NCBI GenBank assembly: GCA_002399085.1
Contig: DHCY01000006.1
Location: 243 to 64,242, forward strand
Origin: Anaerolineaceae bacterium UBA4890
GTDB lineage: Bacteria; Chloroflexota; Anaerolineae; Anaerolineales; Anaerolineaceae
Reading direction: 5' to 3'
Length of the DNA stretch: 64,000 nt
Every line of letters starts with the position of its first letter. Within the stretch, counting starts at the first letter, position 1. Shown in pieces: positions 42,675-51,208 of this stretch. The notes below the pieces were generated by a model. It saw only the letters and a list, made by a program, of their open reading frames with translations. It ran no database searches and had not been told where the DNA came from. The position numbers and the translations under genes are program-made.

Positions 42675-43779
42675 TTTGTACCTGCTTGAGGTTTTCGGAT
42701 TTTCCGCGCCTGCGCATGAGATCCAGCAATTTGGGCAGAGCCTGAGTATAGGCTTTGTAGAGCAGGGGGCGCGGGCTGTAATCCCAGGCGCCCAGGTGGC
42801 GGGCAGTGATTCCATTAAAGCCCTGTTTGAAGCGATAGACGCCCCACATGGAGTCAGACTCGTCAAAAACGTCAGGCGCGCCCCACATGTCGTAGGTATG
42901 GCAGCCCATCTGTTTTGAAAGGCGGATGGCTTCCCATTGCAGCAGGTAATTTGGCATGAGCTCGCGGTATTTCTCGGTGGACATGCCGTACATGTAGCGG
43001 CTGGTGCCATTAAAGAGGAGGAGGATCAGGGCAGCCACAGGCTGGCTTTCCACTTCTGCTATTAATATTTTCGCCATATCCGCTTCAAGAAAAGCACGCC
43101 AGGTGTTAAGATAATATTCTTCGTGGCGGATGACGAAACCATCCCGGACAGCGGTTTGAGCGTACATATCGTAGAGCATCGGCAACTCTTCCATCCTGCC
43201 TTCACGGATTGTTACCCCTTTCCGGTCAGCAAGGCGGATGTTGTAACGGGTTTTTTGTTTCATCGCCGCCAGCAATTCTTCTTCACCCTGGCGCAGTTCG
43301 ATCAGGACGGTGTTGCGGTATTGGATTTGGTCTTGCGAGAACTTCCAGCCGCGTTTTTTCAATTCCTTCTGCACAGCCAGCCCGTTTTCGTTGGGTTGTT
43401 CTTCTTGAGTGCCGGGAATGCCAGTGCCCAGTAAAACGTCCGGATCGATCTTGATAAAGATCGCTTTTTGCGTTCGGCTCAGGGCTTGTAGAAAATTGAG
43501 AGTATCAGTAACAATGGGTTGGCTAGCCCAATCCAGGGTGGGACCTTTGGGGACGTAGAGAACAGTGAATTTCAATCCCAGGACGCTGACCTGCCGGCGT
43601 AAGACCACGCAGAGCGCGTCGAGATCGTGCCGGCTTTTCCCGCTCCACAAGAAAAGCGGTTCCCAGCCGTTTTGTTTTTTCGCTTCCGCCCATTGCAGGG
43701 TCTGCAAAATGTGAGCATCGGGAAACTCGGTCAGAAATTCGTTCCAATCTTTGACTTGATCAGAGGCTAATTGGAACAT
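42667..43779 (-). CDS. FemAB-family (lipid II:aminoacyl-tRNA-type) peptidyl/aminoacyl transferase
   Basis: 370 aa. HILQTLQWAEAKKQNGWEP and YMYGMSTEKYRELMPNYLLQWEAI are typical of the FemX/FemAB fold. Confidence 0.8.
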   Translation of the reverse strand: MFQLASDQVKDWNEFLTEFPDAHILQTLQWAEAKKQNGWEPLFLWSGKSRHDLDALCVVLRRQVSVLGLKFTVLYVPKGPTLDWASQPIVTDTLNFLQALSRTQKAIFIKIDPDVLLGTGIPGTQEEQPNENGLAVQKELKKRGWKFSQDQIQYRNTVLIELRQGEEELLAAMKQKTRYNIRLADRKGVTIREGRMEELPMLYDMYAQTAVRDGFVIRHEEYYLNTWRAFLEADMAKILIAEVESQPVAALILLLFNGTSRYMYGMSTEKYRELMPNYLLQWEAIRLSKQMGCHTYDMWGAPDVFDESDSMWGVYRFKQGFNGITARHLGAWDYSPRPLLYKAYTQALPKLLDLMRRRGKSENLKQVQND

Positions 43780-43780
43780 A

Positions 43781-44776
43781 TTACTCCGTCACCCTACTGG
43801 CACGAAATTTCTGATAGAGCCTGTAGAGCAAGGGTTTATAGATCTTGATAAAAGCCGGGCTGCTGCGCACGACTTGCCCGCCAAAGCCGCGTTTGAAGCG
43901 GTATACGCCCCACAACCCGTCTGAGCGCTCTGTGAAGTTTGCTTCCAGCTCGTCTTCATCTGCATCGGGGATACCCCACAAGTCGTACTCAGTTGCTCCC
44001 CGCGCCTTTGCCCAGCGCATGGCTTCCCACTGCAGTAAATAGGTGGGCATCAGGTTGCGCTGATTGTTATCGGAGGCGCCGTAAAAATACCAGGAGCGCG
44101 ACCCGGTGAGAAAAAGCATCAGGTAGGCTAAGGGGGTTTCTTCGAAGTAAGCAGCCAGGAGTACGCACTTGCCTGAACTTGCAAAGATGTCGTAGGCATT
44201 TTGGTAATAGTTGAGGCTGTGCACGGCGAAGTTATCGCGGTTGCCCGTAGTCTGCATCATTTCATAAAAACCAATCACGTCATCGGTGGGTCGAACTTCC
44301 ACACCTTTTTTTGCTGCCAAGCGAATGTTGTAGCGGGTTTTTTGCTTCATTGCTAAAAGCAGCTCGTCTTCGTCTGCCTCCAGCGATACCAAAACTGTAC
44401 GACGGGGCTGGATGGTGTGCTCTTCGCGGATAAAACCTTCTGCAAAGTAGGCTTCACTTTCAGCTGGCAGGGGCAGGTTGACATCTGGTTCGATCTGCAA
44501 GAAAACCGCTTTCCTCTTACGACATTCCATGTCTATTTGTGACCAAAGAGAACTCCAGTTGGAGCCTAACGGTCCTTTGGTCAAATAGGCGATTGAATAA
44601 CCTAAAGGTAAAGTGCGGAACAAGACCTGGGCTGCGGCTGTCTGACTATTGAAGACCTGGCTTTGCCAGCCAAAGTGGCTCTTAAATTCAGCCCATTCCG
44701 GCAATTGCAGCAAATGCGCGTCCGGGTAGACCTGTGGCAGGTCGAATGTATTTGCCCGATTAAGATCAACGGTCAT
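43781..44776 (-). CDS. FemAB-family transferase (second paralog)
   Basis: 331 aa. HLLQLPEWAEFKSHFGWQ and WYFYGASDNNQRNLMPTYLLQWEAM. Paralog of the downstream gene. Confidence 0.8.
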   Translation of the reverse strand: MTVDLNRANTFDLPQVYPDAHLLQLPEWAEFKSHFGWQSQVFNSQTAAAQVLFRTLPLGYSIAYLTKGPLGSNWSSLWSQIDMECRKRKAVFLQIEPDVNLPLPAESEAYFAEGFIREEHTIQPRRTVLVSLEADEDELLLAMKQKTRYNIRLAAKKGVEVRPTDDVIGFYEMMQTTGNRDNFAVHSLNYYQNAYDIFASSGKCVLLAAYFEETPLAYLMLFLTGSRSWYFYGASDNNQRNLMPTYLLQWEAMRWAKARGATEYDLWGIPDADEDELEANFTERSDGLWGVYRFKRGFGGQVVRSSPAFIKIYKPLLYRLYQKFRASRVTE

Positions 44777-44777
44777 T

Positions 44778-46205
44778 TTAACGACCCTTAAACCCCAAAA
44801 CGCTGGTGAGCGTACGCATGATGATCGAAATATCCATCAGAACTGAAGCGTTTTCAATGTAATACAGGTCGTACTCAAGCTTAATAGCAGTCTCTTCAAC
44901 CGTTTCAGCATAATTCTGATGGATCTGAGCCCAACCGGTGATTCCTGGTTTGACCAGCATTCGTGCCCGGTAGAACGGGACTTCCTTCTGGAAAATAGTG
45001 ACCAACTCGCTGCGTTCTGAGCGGGGACCCACAAAGCTCATCTCACCGCGTAAAACATTGATGATCTGGGGAAGCTCGTCGAGGTGGGATTTGCGCAAAA
45101 AGCGTCCGAAGCGTGTTACCCGGGGATCATTTTCAGCAGTGACCAGGGCTTCACGCACCATGTCCTTGTTGTCTTTCATTGTCCGGAATTTGAGCATGGT
45201 ATATGGGCTTCCACCGCGCCCGAGCCTGGTCTGGCGAAAAATGATGGGACCTCTTGAGTCCAAAAAAATGCAGATGGCAATGGGGGGATAGAGGATGATC
45301 AATCCAATCATGCCGATCAGTCCGAAAACGAGATCTGTCAGTCTTTTAAACAAGCGGTAAAATCCGCTGGCGGGCTTGCGATCGATGAAGGAACGAATCA
45401 CCCAATCAAACTCCAGGAGCGTAATAGGTACGCGATTGGTGAGCGATTCGTAGGTATCCTGCATGGTAGACATACCCATCCCTTTTTCCTGGGCTGTCAA
45501 GATTGCTTGGAACATGCCCGGATTCATCTCGTTCGAGATAGAGAGGATCAAGTCGGTGATTTGTTGCTTTTCTATTATTTCAGGCAGGTCTTTGTGACCG
45601 CCGAGAATTGGAAAACCTTCAACCGTCATACCCAATTTTTCAGGGTCGTCATCGATCAAGCCCACCAGTGTGAAGGGCGGGGGGTCCTGTTCGGAAACAA
45701 TTTTGGCAAGGGCAGACCCAGCCCGACCGGCACCGATGATGAGGGCACGTTTTTGCTTGCTGGCAGAGGTGAAGAAACGGACATAGAGGAGCCGCCATAG
45801 GAAGGTGAAGATTCCTGTAAACACCAGGAATATCGCGATACCAAAACGCGGCATGCTGTTTGGTTCGGAGGCAAAATATACCACCAGGTAAATTGCGGCG
45901 GAGGCGATAAGCGCTATGCCAAGCGATTTGAGGGTGGACTTCAGGTTGCCTGCTTTGCGGATATCATAAGAGTCCGCCATCAGGATTATCCAGAGCAGGG
46001 GCAGAAAATAGAACCAGACAGGAATCCGTTGGCGTAAAAACTCAAGTGAAAGTCCCAACCAGGTGTCGCCCTTTGCCCAAATCAACAAGGCGATACCCAA
46101 CGCGAGAACTGCTGCAAATAGATCGCCAAGGACGAGTAAAAGGGTTTGTTCGCGGCGTTCGAATCGAAATTTTTCTTTAGTCGGGCTGGTCGAATCTTCT
46201 TTCAT
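44778..46205 (-). CDS. polyprenyl-phosphate glycosylphosphotransferase (WbaP/EpsL-type sugar transferase)
   Basis: N-terminal TM block plus a Rossmann-like domain. The C-terminal bacterial sugar transferase domain reads KRLTDLVFGLIG...MLKFRTM...DELPQIINVLRGEMSFVGPR. The ATG at 46205 shares a base with the GT2 stop; the GTG at 46211 is an alternative start. Confidence 0.88.
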   Translation of the reverse strand: MKEDSTSPTKEKFRFERREQTLLLVLGDLFAAVLALGIALLIWAKGDTWLGLSLEFLRQRIPVWFYFLPLLWIILMADSYDIRKAGNLKSTLKSLGIALIASAAIYLVVYFASEPNSMPRFGIAIFLVFTGIFTFLWRLLYVRFFTSASKQKRALIIGAGRAGSALAKIVSEQDPPPFTLVGLIDDDPEKLGMTVEGFPILGGHKDLPEIIEKQQITDLILSISNEMNPGMFQAILTAQEKGMGMSTMQDTYESLTNRVPITLLEFDWVIRSFIDRKPASGFYRLFKRLTDLVFGLIGMIGLIILYPPIAICIFLDSRGPIIFRQTRLGRGGSPYTMLKFRTMKDNKDMVREALVTAENDPRVTRFGRFLRKSHLDELPQIINVLRGEMSFVGPRSERSELVTIFQKEVPFYRARMLVKPGITGWAQIHQNYAETVEETAIKLEYDLYYIENASVLMDISIIMRTLTSVLGFKGR

Positions 46206-47209
46206 TACCACTTCCTGTCAGGATGAGAAAATAACCCCACGATGCGTGCGGTCCCCCAGGAAAAATGCATAACGATGGTTGCAAGAACGATCCCAATGCT
46301 TAGCAAAATATTACCCAACTTGCGAGCAATGCGCACGGCGGGAATCAATTGAATTAACAGGTAAAGCCCCACAACAACAGCCAAAACAATCCGGGCAGGT
46401 TGCCAGCAAAATCCAAGTACTGCCAGGAAAATGAGCCCTAAAACGAACAGAGGTGGTAATGCCTGGCGCCAGCGCAGAGTTTCGGGGTAGCGTTTGAGCA
46501 TCTGTGCCTTCCAGAAGCCGTACCCCCAATATTGCTTAGCAAGGGCTGAGTAGGTCGGTCGGGCAAAGTAGGTGCACTGGATGGCTGGGTCGAGCCAAAT
46601 GCGACCGCCGGACTGGCGGATGCGGGTGTTGAATTCGTAGTCTTCGTTGGCAAGCAGGCTCTCGTCAAAAAAACCGATCTTGTCAAAGAGCTCGCGTTTG
46701 TAAGAGCCGTAAGGGACGGTATCGACATAACCGGCTTTATCGGTAAAGCGATAACGGGCATCACCTACTGCCAACGGGTTGGCTGCAGCAGCGGCAATTG
46801 AGCGGGCGACCCAGATGTCGTTTTGCGGTCTGATATTCCAGATGCCGCCCACGTTTTCCGCTTTACCTTCCAGGAGTGCATCAACACAGCGCTGGACATA
46901 ATCTGCCTTGGGAAGCGAATGCGCATCCATGCGAACTATGATTTCGCCATTGGAAGCTCTAATGGCAATGTTTAGCCCTGCCGGGATGATCTTTTTGGGG
47001 TTGTCGACCAGGCGAATCTTGAGTGCCGGGTGTGTTTTGCTGAAGGCGTGGATTGCGCGCCGGGTGCCGTCGGTTGAGAGACCATCAGCGATGACTACTT
47101 CCATGTTTTCGATCGGAAAACTTTGCTGGAAGAGCGCTTCCAGCACGAGATGGATAGTATTTTCCTCGTTCCGACAAGGAATGATCACGGACACAAGCGG
47201 ATTCATCAA
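46205..47209 (-). CDS. family 2 glycosyltransferase with C-terminal TM helices
   Basis: 334 aa: VSVIIPCRNEE, DGLSTDGT, MDAHS. Confidence 0.88.
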   Translation of the reverse strand: MMNPLVSVIIPCRNEENTIHLVLEALFQQSFPIENMEVVIADGLSTDGTRRAIHAFSKTHPALKIRLVDNPKKIIPAGLNIAIRASNGEIIVRMDAHSLPKADYVQRCVDALLEGKAENVGGIWNIRPQNDIWVARSIAAAAANPLAVGDARYRFTDKAGYVDTVPYGSYKRELFDKIGFFDESLLANEDYEFNTRIRQSGGRIWLDPAIQCTYFARPTYSALAKQYWGYGFWKAQMLKRYPETLRWRQALPPLFVLGLIFLAVLGFCWQPARIVLAVVVGLYLLIQLIPAVRIARKLGNILLSIGIVLATIVMHFSWGTARIVGLFSHPDRKW

Positions 47210-47226
47210 CTGTTTTTTCTACCAAC

Positions 47227-47658
47227 CTACTGGCAGCAGCAGTTCTCATCCTGACAATCGCAGGGGTTTACAGCGACTGCCTCAATCTCGACAATGCCAT
47301 TCTTTGGCAGCCCTCCGACCTGGATGGCAGATCGGGCGGGAAAGTCACTGGTGAAAAATTCTGCATAAACCGAGTTCATATCTGAAAACTGACCCATATC
47401 GAGCAAGAACACGGTGGTTTTTACCACATTTTCCATGCTTAAGCCGGCACTTTCGAGGATTGCTTTCATGTTTTCAAGTGCTTTGCGGGTTTGAGCCTGG
47501 ATCCCTCCTGCCACCAGACTGCCGGTGTCTTTATCGAGTCCCAATTGACCCGAGATGAAGACCAGCGAGCCCGTAGAAACAGCCACAGAGTAAGGACCAA
47601 TCGCCGCAGGCGCGTTTTCACAAGAAATTATTTCCTTTTTAGTGCAGCAACAACTCAT
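47227..47658 (-). CDS. ridA: RidA/YjgF family reactive-intermediate deaminase with Cys-rich N- and C-terminal extensions
   Basis: The core reads APAAIGPYSVAV...GQLGLD...ARSAIQVGGLPKNGIVEIEAVA. The extra termini are MSCCCTKKEIISC and NPCDCQDENCCCQ. Confidence 0.85.
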   Translation of the reverse strand: MSCCCTKKEIISCENAPAAIGPYSVAVSTGSLVFISGQLGLDKDTGSLVAGGIQAQTRKALENMKAILESAGLSMENVVKTTVFLLDMGQFSDMNSVYAEFFTSDFPARSAIQVGGLPKNGIVEIEAVAVNPCDCQDENCCCQ

Positions 47659-47922
47659 ATTTAACCTCTTTTCGTCCTAGGATTTTTTGTATTATATCAT
47701 TCGAAGGACGGGTTGCGGTTTTTATGCCGGCTGCTGGTAATCGGGTTAGTTCCATCTTGACCAAAGACCGGTTTTGGGATAAGGTTAACCATCATTACTT
47801 GAGGCGAGAAATGGCTCTCATCAAAAATCGAAGATCTCACCCAAACCGATTACGGGCGGTATTGTTTCACGCTCGTTTTGTTGTCTTTACCCAACCCAAT
47901 CATTCTATAAAAGGAGAGTTTA

Positions 47923-49209
47923 ATGTCAGGTAGTACAAATGCTTTTCAAATGGCGCAGGCTCAGTTCGACAAAGTAGCCGATCAGCTTGATTTAGGTCAA
48001 GATGTCCGTGAATTTTTGCGCTGGCCTATGCGCGAATTTCATTTCCGCATCCCGGTTCGCATGGATGACGGAACCATGCGCGTGTTCCAGGCGTATCGCG
48101 TGCAGCACAACGATGTGCGCGGTCCCAATAAGGGCGGCTTGCGTTTTGCCGCTGGCGAGACGGCTGATACCGTGCGCGCGCTTTCTATGTGGATGACCTG
48201 GAAGACAGCTGTTGCAGATATCCCCCTCGGTGGCGGTAAGGGCGGTGTGGATGTTGACCCTTCAACCCTTTCTGATGGCGAGAAAGAACGACTGGTTCGT
48301 GGTTATGTTAAAGCAATATGGAAGAACATCGGTCCCCGCCAAGACGTTCCTGCTCCTGATGTTGGCACAAATCCCCAGATGATGGGTTGGATGATGGACG
48401 AATATTCCTCCATCGTTGGTCAATACACCCCTGGTGTGATCACTGGTAAGCCCCTGGGCGGCGGTGGTTCGGAAGCGCGCACTGAAGCGACCGGTTTCGG
48501 TGTAGTTTTCACCATTCGTGAAGCCATGAAGCACCTTGGCATTGACCCCTCCACCACAACCGCAGCAATCCAGGGTTTTGGCAACGTTGGTCAATATGTT
48601 GCGATTGGATTTAACAAGTTCCTGGGTGGAAAAGTGCTTTGCGTCTCTTGCTGGGATCGCGTTGACCGGAAGTCCTACACCTTCACCAAAGATGACGGAA
48701 TTGACCCCGCTTTCCTGAAGACCATCACCGACCAATATGGCACAATCAATAAAGACAAAGCCCGCGAAGCCGGCTATGACATTGAAGATGGCGATGCCTG
48801 GAATTGCAAAGACGTAGACGTGCTTATTCCTGCAGCCCTTGAAGGTCAGATCAACGGCGAAACAGTTCACAGAATCAGCAAACAGGTCAAAATCCTGGCC
48901 GAGGCAGCCAATGGTCCAACAACTCCAGATGCAGACAAAGTGCTGATGGAAAGAGGCGTTTTTGTGATTCCTGATTTCCTTTGCAATGCTGGCGGAGTAA
49001 CGGTTTCCTATTTTGAAGGCGTTCAGAATGATCAGAACTTCTACTGGTCGAAAGAAGAAGTGAACACTCGCCTGGATCAGAAGATGACCAGCGCGTTCGC
49101 TTCCGTTTTGAAAATGGCTTTGGCTAAGAATGTGTACACTCGCGATGCTGCATACATGGTCGCGATCGACAAAGTTGTCAAGGCAATGAAGCTGCGCGGC
49201 TGGATTTAG
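47923..49209 (+). CDS. gdhA: glutamate dehydrogenase
   Basis: 428 aa: NKGGLRF, PLGGGKGG, GFGNVG. Confidence 0.93.
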   Translation: MSGSTNAFQMAQAQFDKVADQLDLGQDVREFLRWPMREFHFRIPVRMDDGTMRVFQAYRVQHNDVRGPNKGGLRFAAGETADTVRALSMWMTWKTAVADIPLGGGKGGVDVDPSTLSDGEKERLVRGYVKAIWKNIGPRQDVPAPDVGTNPQMMGWMMDEYSSIVGQYTPGVITGKPLGGGGSEARTEATGFGVVFTIREAMKHLGIDPSTTTAAIQGFGNVGQYVAIGFNKFLGGKVLCVSCWDRVDRKSYTFTKDDGIDPAFLKTITDQYGTINKDKAREAGYDIEDGDAWNCKDVDVLIPAALEGQINGETVHRISKQVKILAEAANGPTTPDADKVLMERGVFVIPDFLCNAGGVTVSYFEGVQNDQNFYWSKEEVNTRLDQKMTSAFASVLKMALAKNVYTRDAAYMVAIDKVVKAMKLRGWI

Positions 49210-49230
49210 GTTTTTCGTTTTTTGAGACGA

Positions 49231-49261
49231 CAAGCCGGTTGAGAGACCGGCTTGTTTTTTT
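49231..49261 (+). terminator. strong intrinsic terminator after gdhA
   Basis: CAAGCCGGT, loop TGAGAG, ACCGGCTTG, followed by T7. Confidence 0.85.
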
Positions 49262-49398
49262 AATCATACGCTGCTGTCTGGAATCACCGCGCTCCATTAG
49301 GTTTGGCACAGCAACCAGGCAGAGGTTGTTACAACAATTTTGCCCCACGGGGAGTACTTGTTATCATCAAATAAACAAGCAAAAAAAAGGAGAAAGAT

Positions 49399-49824
49399 AT
49401 GGCAGACAGAAAAGCAACCGCAGTTTGGGAAGGCGACCTGAAGACAGGCAAAGGTACAATGCGCTTTGCGGATTATGAAGGACAATACAGCTGGTCATCC
49501 CGTTTTGAAGAAGGTGTCGGAACCAACCCCGAAGAGTTATTGGCAGGAGCACACGCCGGGTGTTTTGCGATGTCAGTAAGCTCAGGTCTGACCAAGGCAG
49601 GCTACACCGCTAAGACGATTGAGACCACAGCTCATATCGCATTGAGACGGATTGAAGGCAAATCCCGGATTGTGAGCAGTCATTTGGTGATCAAAGCAAT
49701 TGTGCCGGGGATTTCTGATGACGAGTTTCAAGCAATCGCCCAGGAGAGCAGTGACAATTGCCCCGTGTCGGTTGCCCTTGCAGGAATCGAGATCACTCAC
49801 GAAGCAGAATTAGTCGAGAGATAG
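49399..49824 (+). CDS. osmC: OsmC-family peroxiredoxin
   Basis: 141 aa: AVWEGDLKTGKG, HAGCF, NCPVS. Confidence 0.85.
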   Translation: MADRKATAVWEGDLKTGKGTMRFADYEGQYSWSSRFEEGVGTNPEELLAGAHAGCFAMSVSSGLTKAGYTAKTIETTAHIALRRIEGKSRIVSSHLVIKAIVPGISDDEFQAIAQESSDNCPVSVALAGIEITHEAELVER

Positions 49825-49868
49825 GGCTTGTAAACAGGGTAAGCAGGAGCAATGTAATCACCTCATCC

Positions 49869-50058
49869 ACCACTTCGTGGTCCCCCTTCCCCAGAGGGGG
49901 AGGCAAAGACCAGCACCACTTTGTGGTTCCCCTTCCCCAGAGGGGAAGGCAAAGACCATACAGCCCACTCCAGAAAGCGGGGTTGTTTTCGCCCTCACCT
50001 GGGAGAGGGGTAGGGGTGAGGGTACATGCGCGAACAGCAACAATGCGCGAACAGCAAC
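49869..50058. repeat. intergenic repeat cluster: a 44-bp direct repeat with an internal palindrome, a CCCTCACC/GGTGAGGG hairpin, and a 16-bp tandem
   Basis: CACCACTTYGTGGTYCCCCTTCCCCAGAGGGGRAGGCAAAGACCA occurs at 49869 and 49914, with a partial third copy near 50093. CCCTCACC...GGTGAGGG lies at about 49992-50022. ATGCGCGAACAGCAAC occurs twice (50025-50058). Confidence 0.7.
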
Positions 50059-50142
50059 TACAGAATCGAAGACTTTGTCACTTTAACCTCAGCACCACTC
50101 CGTGGTCCACATTCCCCAATTAGAAGGCTTGAGGTGCTTGGG

Positions 50143-50595
50143 TTAATCGCCATTTTCGGCTGTATTATTTTCAGAAATTACTTCTTCGAAGGGTATTTCG
50201 GCTGGGGGTTCAACGGGTTCCACCCGCTCTTCCATGCGCATTTGTCCACGGAAGAAAGCGCCATCTTCACTGCTGAAAGACGTTGTCACCACATCGCCCC
50301 AGACTTTGCCGCTGGAACGGATCTCGAGTTTCTGGCAGGTGATATCGCCCTTAACCGTGCCAGCCACGATCACGGTATCGGCTTTGAGTTGTTTGCACGC
50401 CACTTTTCCTGTTTCCCCTATTACGATCAAGCCGGAGATGGCTATTTCGCCATTGATGGTACCTTCAATGCGAACACCTCCTCTACCGCGCAGGTCGCCT
50501 ACCCAGTTGATGCCTGGTCCGATTACAGATGTTACCTGGCTCTTGGTGGTGTCTGGAATGAACACCGGAGAATCTTTTTTCTTTGAAAACAGCAT
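50143..50595 (-). CDS. bactofilin-family cytoskeletal protein
   Basis: 150 aa with a beta-helical repeat pattern (VIGPGINWVGDLRGRGGVRIEGTINGEI...VAGTVKGDI). Confidence 0.85.
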   Translation of the reverse strand: MLFSKKKDSPVFIPDTTKSQVTSVIGPGINWVGDLRGRGGVRIEGTINGEIAISGLIVIGETGKVACKQLKADTVIVAGTVKGDITCQKLEIRSSGKVWGDVVTTSFSSEDGAFFRGQMRMEERVEPVEPPAEIPFEEVISENNTAENGD

Positions 50596-50599
50596 GGGT

Positions 50600-51208
50600 C
50601 TATTTTACACCCTTCTGAATTAGATTTTGCGCCTGCTGCCAGTCCAGTTCCCAGCGCCAGGGAATGGATAGCCATGGTTCAGGGGTTTTGCCCAAACCAA
50701 TCCGAGGACCAATATTTACCAGCTCAGCCGGCACGGCGGTCCCTTCTTCGAGGAACAATTCTGCCCCAGGTTTGGTCAGGTCGTAACCGTTCATACTGCC
50801 ATTCAGTGCCAATGCCTGGGTGAGTTTGGCAGGACCGTTGAGCCACTGATGGCTGTTTGCCAGGTTGGGTCGGTTGAGCGCCATCAACTCCTGACCTTCC
50901 ACCGGAAAAATGGCTCTGATCAGTACGGCGGCAGGGTGCCCGAACCGGTCGGCAACGATGTTCAGCAGCCAGTGCATGCCATAGGTGAAGTAAACATACG
51001 CCCTGCCAGGCTCTTCATACATCACCTGGTTGCGTTTTGTTCTGCCAAAGTGGGCATGGCAGGCAAGATCTTCCTGCCCCTGGTAGGCTTCAGTTTCGAT
51101 AATAATGCCAGCCAGACGCGTGCCGTTTTGCAGGCGTACCAATTTCTTCCCGATCAGATCCGGAGCAAGCAGCGGAGCGGGGCGTTCATAAAAATCTATT
51201 TTCAGCAT
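50600..51208 (-). CDS. mpg: DNA-3-methyladenine glycosylase (Mpg/AAG family)
   Basis: 202 aa: FYERPAPLLAPDLIGKKLV and IIIETEAYQG..DLACHA. Confidence 0.9.
   Translation of the reverse strand: MLKIDFYERPAPLLAPDLIGKKLVRLQNGTRLAGIIIETEAYQGQEDLACHAHFGRTKRNQVMYEEPGRAYVYFTYGMHWLLNIVADRFGHPAAVLIRAIFPVEGQELMALNRPNLANSHQWLNGPAKLTQALALNGSMNGYDLTKPGAELFLEEGTAVPAELVNIGPRIGLGKTPEPWLSIPWRWELDWQQAQNLIQKGVK

Noticed and set aside
42675-43010. N-terminal 112-aa extension of the PLP-enzyme ORF (the track gives 41709..43010)
   Set aside because: The extension overlaps the FemAB gene in another frame and is Cys/Ala/Pro-rich with no homology. The conserved family N-terminus (MIERVPLAHLPTPIE) begins at 42674.
47724-47933. 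69-aa ORF upstream of gdhA, and possibly a glutamine riboswitch
   Set aside because: The ORF has no RBS and overlaps the gdhA start. The region lacks the conserved glutamine-riboswitch core as far as I can judge.
48262-49233. 323-aa ORF antisense to gdhA. Similar long antisense ORFs: 20061-20729 in pepT, 23414-24073 in znuA, 58757-59383 in PAP2, 13756-14265 in the ATP-cone gene, 27096-27758 in the CDP-alcohol transferase gene and 40708-41478 in the ABC ATPase gene.
   Set aside because: Each lies fully inside a gene with strong family motifs on the other strand. None has a recognisable motif. They are typical shadow ORFs.
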